A DNA stretch of 64,000 nt from Octopus sinensis (lineage: Eukaryota): positions 40,858,001-40,922,000 of the forward strand of contig NC_043013.1 of assembly GCF_006345805.1 (NCBI RefSeq), given 5' to 3'. The first letter of the stretch is position 1; the number at the start of each line of letters is the position of its first letter. The notes beneath the pieces were generated by a model that was given only the letters and a program-made list of their open reading frames with translations, was not told the DNA's origin and did no database searches. The position numbers and the translations under genes are program-made. Below are positions 53,311 to 64,000 of the stretch, one piece after another.

Positions 53311-56300
53311 TCTTTGATAATAAACAGAAAATAGAAGGTAACAATATGGATTTAATCTCCCAGAAACCCGCCACCGATTCCGGAATTAGAAGCCTTCGAG
53401 AAAGACCTTTCGAGATTATTAGGAAAATTAAATTCCGCAAATTTACCAACCAATTGCAAAAAAACATGAGAGAAAATTAAGGAGATTAACGACTCGAATA
53501 AGATCTTCGTTAATTCTGACAAGACAAGGAACTTATATGCACTTGATAAGGACGTTTATAAACGCCTGATTTCGAATAGTGTCACGGACACATACAAAAA
53601 AGACAACACGAATATATACAAAGAGGTGAACTTAGAATCAAGGAATAGCTAACGATCTTAAGATTAGCGATAGGATTGAATACCTTTCACCACGACCAGC
53701 TTTTATTACTCTGAAAGACCATAAAGACAATTTTAGTAGAAACCCCCAATGTAGATTAATAATCCGGCTAAAACTGAGATAGGAATTATTAGCAAAATAT
53801 TTTGGACCGTATTTTAGTTAAGTTAGATAGTGAAGTAGACTTGAGAATTTGGAAGAATAGTAAGTCAGTTATAGAGTGGTTTAAAGGTATTAGCATAAGA
53901 ATAATTGTAGTTTCACACAATTCGACATTATTGACTTTTACCCGTCGATATCTAGGACGTTGCTCCTAAGGGCATTGGACTTCGCCAAGCAGTATGTCAA
54001 CATCGATAGCTCGGAAATTGAAATTATTATGCATGGAGAAATCGCTTCTGTTTTTCGAGGATTCCACTGGATTAAGAAGACTGAGGATTCTCTTTTCGAT
54101 GTACCGATGGGGGCATACGACGGGGCTGAATTATGTATGCTCATAGGAGCCTTTATTCTCCATAATCTAAAAATAGAATTCCCATTTATAGATGCAGGTC
54201 TATATAGGGATGACGGCCTTATAGCCACGCATAATCTAAACGGCCATGAATCAGATAGACTTAGGAAGGACCTTATAGCTTTCTTTCAAAGATGGGCTTA
54301 CGGATTACGATAGATACTAACCTGAATAGTGTAGATTTTTTAGACGTAAATTTTAATGTAAGATCGGATAGATTTAAACCTTTCCGTAAGCCCAATGAAA
54401 AGCTATCGTATATTAGCAAAGATTCGAACCATCCACCAGTTATCCTTAGCACTTAGTCAGCAATGTAGGTAGAAGAATATCTTCAATTTCTTCGGACGAG
54501 GCAGCATTCCATAATGCTGCACCTTATTACGATAGCGCATTAAAGAATAGTGGATTCCCGGAGAAGATCCAGTTCAACCAGCTTAATGCTAATAATAATG
54601 CTGCACGAAGAACTAGGACCAGGAAAGTTTTGTGGTTTCAACCCCGGCTTTCAATTTGGCCGTAAGACTAATATAGGTAAGGAATTTTTGAGATTAGTCT
54701 CTAAGCATTTTAAGCAGGGTCATAAATTCTACAGATATTTAATAGAAGAACCCTGAAGGTTAGCTATTCTTGTTGCAGAAATTTCGCCTCTTACATTAGC
54801 CAACATAATAGGAAGCTAATTGAGATTAGACATGGTGCCGAGCCCATTAAGAAATGTAATTGTAAAAACGAAAGCTCCTGTCCGTTTAGAAGGGAAATGT
54901 CTAGTGAAAGGAGTATTTTTATAGAGCCAGGTGCAAGTGGAAGGCTCATCGGAATACCAGACATACACAGGGGCTTCAGAAAATTCATTTAAAACAAGAT
55001 TTTATTCTCATAAGATTCTTTTAAATACCCAGAGAATAGGAAAAAACCAGCCTAGCAAAATATGTCTGGGAACTAAAAGAAAAGGAAGCCCCACCTTTCA
55101 ACGTGACATGGAGCATTCTGGACAGGGCGGCACCATACAGGCATGGAGCTTACAAATATAATTTCAAGTGCAAGCTTTGCTTATTAGAAAAAATGCACAT
55201 ATTATTCAAAGACAATAATTCTTTGAATCAAAGAAGTGAGTTAATGAACTTATGTAGGCACGCGGCTAAATTTAAAATGTCGAATATAAATATACCATAT
55301 GGATAGAGTATATATTTTGTATTTTGATTTTTGATTTTGATTTTGACTCTTAAGCGCTACGACGGATCTATAGCAAAGTCTTATTGTTTCTACATATATA
55401 TTAGGAAAAACCTACAAACTTTGTTTTCATGTTATTGTATTGCATAGGATTACCTTGATTATTTATATTACCTTGATTATTTATAAATGACCCAAAATAG
55501 GATGTTATATTTTATTTTATATGTCTTTCGTATATATTTTATTAATGCACCCATTTTTAAAAAGCAATGTTTTTTTTAAAAAAAAGCAATGTTGTCAAAT
55601 TTAGAATGTTTATAAGTTTGTGTATAGCAAAGCATATGTATTTGTAAGCATGCGTATCTGTGTATGTGTAAGTGAAAGTATGCTTGTGCTTAAGCACGCA
55701 TACACACGACGGTATGTATATGTATCAATTCAAACTTGTGTATGTATACTGGCCTCTATAGATGCCAATAACATCGCTACAAGTTCCCCCCCACCCCTCT
55801 TTCGTTCCTTTTTTCTCTCTTTCCCTTTCTTTCGTTCCCCCTCCTTGCTCAGTATATGAGAATTGCTACATAGATGAATTTTAGCTTGCGTGCGAGACGG
55901 TTTGCGTGAATATATGTACACATGCTTTTATGTGTATAATTTAGATTCATATTCATACGTCTGTATATGTATGTATGGCGTTACGCGCATCCTTTTGTGT
56001 ATGTTGATATATATATGTGGATTTTAATATAAATATGTATTGCAGTATTTATAACAGGTTTAATTTCTATGCATTAATTTGTACTGTCTTCATTAACGGC
56101 AATAGGTTTTTCCTCGGTTTTTTCCTCGGATTTTATAATTTTTATAATTTTTATAAGTTTTTTTTATATATATATACATATATTTTTGACCTTTTTGTTT
56201 ATCGCTCGAAGATTGACCGTTTTTTCTAAAGGGCCAATCAAACAAGTCCATTTCTTTTTAAAGGTGTAGCGTTTGTAAGAGTATAGATTGAATTAATATA

Positions 56301-56392
56301 TATGTTCCATTCTAGCAAAAACTGTCTGATGAACGGCAACGAGAAACTCAGAGTAACAGATTTTGTTGAATTTTCTGCTGCTTAAAATAAAG
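53311..56392 (+). mobile_element. Penelope-like retroelement (RT plus C-terminal GIY-YIG), 5'-truncated and frameshifted; possibly Naiad-like
   Basis: Fragments read [68 protein letters not shown] and CKLCLLEK..CRH, with a stop at 55304-55306. Flanked on both sides by TA-rich microsatellite. Confidence 0.9.
56318..56364 (+). ncRNA. Minimal type I hammerhead ribozyme motif in the PLE 3' region
   Basis: ctgt CTGATGA a-cg-gcaa-cg-a GAA actc-a-gagt A acag. Core CUGAUGA 56326-56332, GAAA 56343-56346, GUA triplet 56353-56355, stem I ctgt/acag. Confidence 0.72.
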
Positions 56393-56740
56393 TATATATA
56401 TATATATATATATACATATATACATATACATATACATATATATAACATATATATATATACATATATATATATATATTCACATGTATATAAATATACGTAT
56501 ATATATATAATATATATACATATATGCACCCATATATGTATAATATATATATATATACATATACATATAATATAAATATATATGCACATATATGTATAAT
56601 ATGTACATATATATATATATAACATATAAATATATATGTATAAATATATATATGCATATATATGTCTAAATACATATATGCACATATATGTCTAAATACA
56701 TATATGCACATATATGTAAATATACATATATATACATATA

Positions 56741-57151
56741 ATTATAATTTAGGGTATCTAAGAGATACCACCACACTGGAAATAGCAGTCAAAACTTGAC
56801 TCTAAAACCACATTAAATGATCATACAGGACCAGGAGAGAAGACGAAGAGACAAAATAAACTAGCAAAAAGATTACTGGATAATTCCAGATCCCAGATTT
56901 CTGGCTCTGCATAAGAAATATACTCAGATAACATGTAAATACAAATATATATATATATATATATATACAACATACTATATACTTACATATACAAATGTAT
57001 ACATACATATATATGTATATGACCAGTTTAAATTGCCTGCCTCTTTGTCTTCTCTCTTGGTGCTGTATGAACATTTATTGTGGTTTTTAGAGTCAAGTTT
57101 TGGCTGCCATTTCCAGCATAGTGATATCTCTTAGATACCCTAAATTATAAT
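56741..57151. repeat. MITE-like fold-back with ~110-bp inverted arms
   Basis: 56741-56851 (attataatttagggtatctaagagata...) is approximately the reverse complement of 57041-57151. Confidence 0.8.
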
Positions 57152-59331
57152 TTTAATAATAATTATTACCTTTGAAGGTTTTTATTCTCATGCTGGCCAC
57201 CTGATAAGATTGGTATTTAAATATCGAGCTTATCCTAATTTATATATTTATTTCATCATTATATTCACTGTGGTGGTATTGTGACAATATCACATGAGGA
57301 GTTTTAGGTGGGCAATTTAAACTGGTCATGTGCATACGTGCATATATATGTATGTATATGTTTGTATATGTAACAATATCGTATGTTGTATAAATATATT
57401 TGTATTCATGTGCTGAGTATATTCAACTGATGAAGGCAGAGCATTTCTGATGCAGAGCCAGAAATACATTATATATATATGCATATGTTAAGGCCACTTC
57501 TTCTTATCTTCTCGCCCTTTTCAAGTTTAGCCAGGCTCAAAGGCCCGGTTTCCCGGTTTCTGTGGCATATGTGTTCCCCCCAGCTTGATGGGACACCAGT
57601 CCATCGCAGCATTACCCAAGAAACAGGAAGAAAGAGTGAGAGAAAGTTGGGGCGAAAGAGTACAACAGGGGTCGCCACTACCCCCTGCCGGAGCCACGTG
57701 GAGCTTTAGGTGTTTTCGCTCAATAAACACACACAACGCCCGGTCTGGGAATTGAAACTGCGATCCTCCGACCGCGAGTCCGCTGCCCTAACCACAAGGC
57801 CATTGCGCCTCCTCTGTTAAGGGTACACATGTCTGTAAAGTGCTCACCCACTTGCACATTAATTTCACAAGCAGGCTGTTCCATGGATAGGATCAAGCTG
57901 GAGCACTCATCGCCATAACTGACGGAGCACCAGTCATAGCAGTTGTTCCTATAAACCACCACCGCCGCCACCCTCAAGTCATTTTATAATTTGCGTGAAA
58001 TTATAATGTTATATAATGTGCATGAAATTTAAATGTCAGTTGGAGAGACATGAATTGCCTGAAAGTCTGTCAGTCAGAAAGAAAGAAAGAGAGAAGGGAG
58101 AGAGGAGGAGGAGAGAGAGAGAAGGGGAAGGAGAACGAGAGAGTTCTTGCTTTTTAGTAGTAGTAGTAGTAGTAGTAGATTTAATGTGTTGCTTGGTTCA
58201 ACCTCCTGTTACCTGGCCCTCAGGTGAGACCCTTGAGCGACCCTTGGGCGTCTTTAGCAGAAGCCGTTCTCTTTGCAAGCATTCATGCATGCTATCCCTT
58301 GTCAGAGAATAGCTTCCCTCCTTCACTCCCGTCATTCACAGAGGCTCTTAAGAGGGTCTTGAGTGCTACTCCTCCTCCTCTGACTTAGCAAAAATATTGT
58401 AAAAAGAAATGTATGAGAATGTGTATGTGTGTGTTTATGAGAATGTCTGAGTGTGTGTTTGTAATATGTGTGTGTGTGTGTGCGTGTAATTTTACTCTGG
58501 GTCAGTGATTATTATTGCATTGCATAATTTTATTTTCGGGTTATATATTTTATGCTATAATTGTTGGATAATAGCAACGTTGGATTTGACGTCTCCAATG
58601 TGCCATTCATTAGTTCACTGCCTTTCTGAAGGTGACAGTGACTGCAACACAGTGCTGAACAAATATTCAAAAGGATTCTTTTTTTTTTCTGACAGTAACA
58701 ACATGAGTTTTCTTTTTTTTTCTTTTTTTTTTTTTTTTGCCTTCATTTACATCCTTTGCAAATTACATTGGTGAATCAGCAGAGTTACTAGAAACTCAGA
58801 TAGAACATTGTTCGGATACCTGGCACCCTGAGTTCAAATCCTGCAAGTTCAGCTTAATCTGTTATTCTTTCAGGGGTTGATAAAAGAGTACCAAACCAGG
58901 GCAGTGAATTAGCAGAAAAGTAAGAACATCAGACTAGATTGTTTGCAGTATTTGTTTGGGCTATTTGCATTCTGAGTTCAAATCTTGTCATGGCCTGCTT
59001 GTTGTTGTTATTGTTTGTTTCTTCTTGAGCCATGCTTGGCTCATAAGGACCAGTTTCCTGAATTTTTTTCCAATTATTGTACTCAGGTCACTATGATTTC
59101 AAACCACATTAGTAATTATCTCACTTTCAAAACAGAAACTGTCAGCTTCTCCCAGACATCTGAAAGAACGAATTTCATGGTTGCTTTTCCTGATAATAAC
59201 TGCCCCTATCTGCTACTTAAAAGTCATGGTTGACATATTTGACTTCTTACAGGTAGTGGATTCCACTGATTTTTTGAGACTGAACCCTACATTTTTCTTT
59301 TCTTTTTTTTTTCTTTTAAATTTAAGCTACC

Positions 59332-59503
59332 TTAGGTGCAGGAGTGGCTGTGTTATAAGTAGCTTGCTTACCAACCATATGGTTCCAGGTTCAGTCCCAC
59401 TGTGTGGCACCTCAAGCAAATATCTTCTATAGCCTTGGCTGATCAAAGCCTTGTGAGTAGATTTGGTTGACAGAAAACTGAAAGAAGCCTGTCGTGTATA
59501 TAT

Positions 59504-59551
<48 letters not shown>

Positions 59552-59808
59552 TATATATACATATATATATATATGTGTGTGTATGTGTGTCTGTGCTTGT
59601 GTGTCTGTGTTTGTCTCCCCAACATCACTTGACAACCGATGCTGGTGTGTTTGTGTCCCCGTAACTTAGCAGTTTGGCAAAAGAGATGATACAATAAGTA
59701 CTAGGCTTACAAAGAATAAGTCCTGGGGTCGATTTGTTTGACTAAAGGCGGTGCTCTAGCATGGCCACAGTCAAATGACTGAAACAAGTAAAAAAGTAAA
59801 AAGAGAGA
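59332..59808 (+). mobile_element. Family B SINE, full length
   Basis: Complete head-to-tail copy with tail ggcggtgctctagcatggccacagtcaaatgactgaaacaag. Confidence 0.85.
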
Positions 59809-60216
59809 GTACCTGCTACTTTTTGCTTTATTAGAAATTTACCTTGTGTGTGTGCATGGGCAGGGAAAGGACTACAATTTGGTTCCCTCCTGAAGCACAT
59901 CATTTCAGGGTCAATCCCACTGCACCCTATCCTGAGCAAGCAACTCCTACTATAGTCCAACCAAGCAATGCCATATAATGAATTTGGAAAATGGAAACTG
60001 TGTGGAAGCTCATATATATCTTTTATCTTTTACTTGTTTCAGTCAATAGACTGTGGCCATGCTGGGGCAACACCTTGAATTCTTTTTAGTTGAATGAATC
60101 AACTTCAGTACTTATTTTATCAGTCTCTTTTTTGAACTACTAAGTTACAGGGACATAAACACACCAGCACTGGTTATCAAGCAGTGATGGTGGGGACAAA
60201 AATATAGACAGACACT

Positions 60217-60268
<52 letters not shown>

Positions 60269-60420
60269 ACAGGCTTCTTTCAGTTTCCATCAACCAAATC
60301 CACTCATAACGCTTTGGTTGGTGCAAGGGTATAGCAGTGGACACTTGCCCAAGTGTCACACTGAACATGGAAGCATGTGGTTGGGAAGCAAACTTCTTAC
60401 CACACAGCCATGCCTGCACC

Positions 60421-60453
<33 letters not shown>

Positions 60454-60909
60454 GTCTTGGGAGGATTATTACACCAATAATAATAGCACACACACAAGTT
60501 CCATATAATTTCTTTATTGTTAGTCATTTGGTTAAATATCTAACCGACTAATTGACTGTTTGTTAGCCAAACTTTTGTCACTGTTTGCAATCTTTTCAGT
60601 GACTTTTTGACTTCTCTTCTCATTCCAGGCTTTGCTGTGATTCTATTATTGACACAATGATTCTCCCTAGTCACAACAAAATTTGTTTCAATGCACAAAT
60701 TCACTTTAAGAATCTGGCAAACTAAATACAAAAATGATGTGTGTGTATATATATATATATGTATATGTATTCATTATCTCTTATTTCTTTCTGTTGAAGA
60801 GCATAGGTTCAAAACGTAAAAGACTTTTTCATTTTTCTCTGATTGTCAAAATAATACACTTGCTTGTTATTCATACATCTGTCTTCATCTTTTGTTTCTC
60901 TATAAATTT

Positions 60910-60948
<39 letters not shown>

Positions 60949-61135
60949 CATGGCTGTGTGGTTAGGGAGCTGCTTCCTAGCTATATGGTTTCGGGTTCAG
61001 TCCCACTGCGTGGCACTTTGGGTAGGTGTCTTCTGCTATAGCCCCGAGCCGACCGAAGCTTTGTGATTGAATTCGGCAGGCGGAAGTTCTGCGTGTGTGT
61101 ATATGTGCGTGTAGGTGCTTGTGCCTCTCCGAAAA

Positions 61136-61182
<47 letters not shown>

Positions 61183-61673
61183 GACTAACTAAATATTTTT
61201 TTGATAAATCTTGATTATTCCAAAACCACAAGCATTTATAGAATGAACAAGCAGTCAAAATACAATAAAAAAATATTCCAAACATTTCAACTATCTTATC
61301 TACAATTTTCAAATTGGGTGGGAGAAATAATAATTGCAGGATGTTGAAATACGATCTCTTAGAAGTGACTTAAAGCAAGCTCCTTCAATCAAACACACAC
61401 ACACACATATACATACATGCATGCACAAGCACACACAGACACGCATACACATGCACACATATGCAGTTATCATTTCTTTGTTTTAACATTGTTTAAGCTT
61501 ACAAGGATCATGCTTCCTCAGAATAAGAATAGGCTCTCTCTATAAATATTATTAGTATATTGCTTATGTTAACAGTAAATTCATTTATGTATTTGGTTCA
61601 TTGAATTATCGCTTAGGCAATAAAGTAATATCCAAGGACCAGGGTCCACTGTAGAAATCCTGGTTTACTTCAC

Positions 61674-61797
61674 TACCTGCTGACAGACCACATCCTGCTG
61701 ACAGGCCACACCCTGCTGACAGGCCATGCTCTGCTGACAAGCCACGCCATGCTGACAGGCCACACCCCACCAACAAACCGCACCCTACTGACACACC
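61674..61797. repeat. 18-bp minisatellite (caccctgctgacaggcca), about 7 units
   Basis: tgctgaca recurs every 18 nt. Confidence 0.88.
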
Positions 61798-61999
61798 ATA
61801 TTCTGCCTACACTGTCCTTCTTTTAGGATGGGAGGGTAGTTTATTTTTAGTTATTTTCATTGAAACCTGTAGTCTAAGGTACTCCATACCCGAGGATGAC
61901 CACTGCTTGAATAGCAGGGATCAATGCTGATCTGGAAGCTAAACAAAAGCAACAGTAACAATATATCTGAGAAATAATGTGTTTTAGAATTTTTCTTAC

Positions 62000-62170
62000 C
62001 TGTCTATAAAAATAGGGAATCGTATCCGCACTGGATAACCCCATTTCCGAATATTGATGGTTTGTAAAATCCCAGAATACTTCAACTGTTCCATCACAGT
62101 CTCAGACTTAAACAACATTGGCGATTTGGTATTATTTGGTTTGATACAGCGAACAAAATAAGGATTACAC
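62000..62170 (-). CDS. MYO15: Unconventional myosin (class XV-like) exon: motor domain SH2/SH1 region
   Basis: Acceptor ctcttctttatcag, donor ag|gtaaga. 171 nt reads (x)CNPYFVRCIKPNNTKSPMLFKSETVMEQLKYSGILQTINIRKWGYPVRIRFPIFID(R), with the myosin FVRCIKPN and GYP motifs. CNP, FIDR and the spacing match my recollection of MYO15A (CNPLFMRCLKPN...FIDR). Myosin identity is near certain; class XV is about 0.75. Confidence 0.95.
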
Positions 62171-63279
62171 CTGATAAAGAAGAGAGAATAATGATTAACT
62201 AGTGGGTTAAGAGCAGATTAGGCTATTGAAGTGATAGCAGAGGATTTTCCTGATAAGAAAAAGTGGGAGATCATTCTGGGATCATCATTAACTACATTTA
62301 TGCTGGTGTCACTTAAAAAGCACCATTGCTGGTGGTATGTAAGAAGCACCTATGCTGGTGCCATATGAAAAGCACCATGCTGGTGCCACATTTAAAGCAC
62401 CCATCCTAGTGCCACATATAATGCACTTGTGCTGGAGCCACATAAATGCACCCTGTACACTCTGTAAAATGGTTGGTGTTAGGAAGGGCATCCAGCCATG
62501 GAAACCATGCCAAAACAGACAATTGGAGCCAGGTGCAGCTCTCCCACTTGCTAGCTCCTATCAAACTGTCCAACCCATGCCAGCATGGAAAATGGATGTT
62601 AAATGATGATGATGATGATGATGGTGATGCCTCCTTTTCCCATGCAGGTTGGCGAGAAAAGATATATTGAGGCATTCATCTATAACCAAATGTCCTTCAT
62701 GTCAGCAGCCCTTACCTACTTTATTGCTATTCTCCAGAAATGTGCAAAGAAAACAGATGCACAGACAACAAATGATAGAACAGTTAGTAATTATTTATTA
62801 ATATTATGCACTGTAAGTTATCTTATGGTTTATACAAGAGACCAGAAGAGAGTTCTATGAATTTGTAGTATCTAGCTGCTGGAGCTTATGAGTTTTGTGC
62901 ATAATAAGTATATTCAGTTCTATCAACAGTTAGATAAGCACAATTATCATATATATATATATATTATATATATATATCCTCATCAGTTATCAGCCAGAGG
63001 GTCAAATATAATTTCATGCCTTCAACGATAATATTAGTCCCCTCTGATGGTCTCGACAGCAAGAAGCTGCTGGGAAGTGGCAAGCCAATGAACAAGGGAC
63101 CAAACATGACAGAAAGTGAAGAAATAAACAAATATTCAATACAGAAAGTGAACATACAAACATGAAATAAATAAACAGAATACAGCCTTAGGGCCAGACA
63201 GGGGACAAAATTATGGTTAATGCCAGGATGAATATCCTAAAGGATTAAAAACAGAAGGACTATGTATGTATGTATACTA

Positions 63280-64000
63280 TTGGGTTGGCAAGGAAGTTCC
63301 CGCTGATTTTTTAAATTTTAGAATTTATTGCGTTTTTAAATTTTGGAATCTATTTTTTTTGAGAATTCTATTTTTGAATCATTTTGGAATCTATTTTGGT
63401 TTTTTTCTAGTTAAATTTTGTAAATTTTTGTTTATTTTCAGATCATTAAAATGGAATGTCAAGTTAAGAAAAATGAGCATTTTCAACACCACCTTCTTTT
63501 TGCTTTTAATCAAGGTTCTAAGGCCGCAAAAACTGCTCACGACATTTGTGCTGTGTTTGGAGAGGGTGCCATAGCTGAAAGAACTGCTCCTGATTGGTAT
63601 GCCAAGTTCAAAAATGGAAATTTTGACCTCAAAGATGCACCTCATTCTGGCTGTCCAGTTGAGTTCAATGAAGAGCAATTGAACCAACTTTTGCATGCAA
63701 ATTCTTGTTAAACGACAAGGGAACTGGCAGAGAGAATGGAATGCTCCCACACTGCTATAGAGAAGCATCTTCACTCGATGGGAAAGGTTCAGAAATATGG
63801 AGCATGGGTTCCGCATGCTTTAAGTGACAAACAACAAAAACCAATGAGCAACAATCTCCGCTGTTTTGCTCATCACCACTCAACTCATGAACGATTTCTT
63901 TACCGAAATGTTACTGGCGATGAAAAAATGGTGCCTGTACATCAATATGAAGCAGCGCAAGGAATGGCTTAGCCCTGGTAGACAAGTGACACTGTGTGTG
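63280..64000 (+). mobile_element. Mariner transposon 5' part, runs off the window; transposase disrupted
   Basis: TA|ttgggttggcaaggaagttcc terminus. MECQVKKNEHFQHHLLFAF..FKNGNFDLKDAPHSG, in-frame stop at 63709-63711, then GAWVPHALS. Confidence 0.9.

Noticed and set aside
54780-55306. Selenoprotein-type PLE (in-frame UGA at Cys positions, reported for some Naiads)
   Set aside because: The conserved Cys codons I could read in the arms are TGT or TGC.
51011-56392. Inverted duplication as a missed-adapter or fold-back sequencing artefact
   Set aside because: An artefact should mirror around a point and include the flanks. Here there is an 834-bp unmirrored spacer continuing the ORF, and the mirror stops at the element end. 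Not fully excluded without reads.
62716-62770. Strong minus-strand donor (tag|gtaagg) as the exon upstream of 62170
   Set aside because: The required phase-2 frame has a TAA immediately upstream and no myosin similarity. The previous exon probably lies beyond the window.

Overview
AT-rich, repeat-dense animal genomic DNA. The SINE families look like coleoid cephalopod (octopus-type) repeats, recognised from memory and not searched. The window lies inside one large minus-strand gene, an unconventional myosin most similar to class XV. Three consecutive exons can be read with canonical GT-AG borders and matching phases: 62000-62170 (SH2/SH1 helices), 21439-21562 (converter) and 12242-12417 (end of motor plus two IQ motifs), separated by 40,437-bp and 9,021-bp introns. 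The ORF track does not resolve this gene. The rest is intron: many SINE copies of about five families, (TA)n/(CA)n microsatellites, Tc1/mariner/maT and RTE remnants, a piggyBac with both ends, a long CR1/L2-group LINE, a ~350-bp GGT-rich tandem array, and a Penelope-like retroelement with a ~2.2-kb inverted duplication carrying a minimal hammerhead ribozyme in each arm. There are no rRNA genes, CRISPR arrays or prokaryotic-type systems. The best leads are the non-canonical SH1 helix, the PLE fold-back with ribozymes, a repeated branchpoint plus AG|GT motif, and a structurally conserved SINE/LINE tail. Repeat boundaries are approximate unless termini are quoted.
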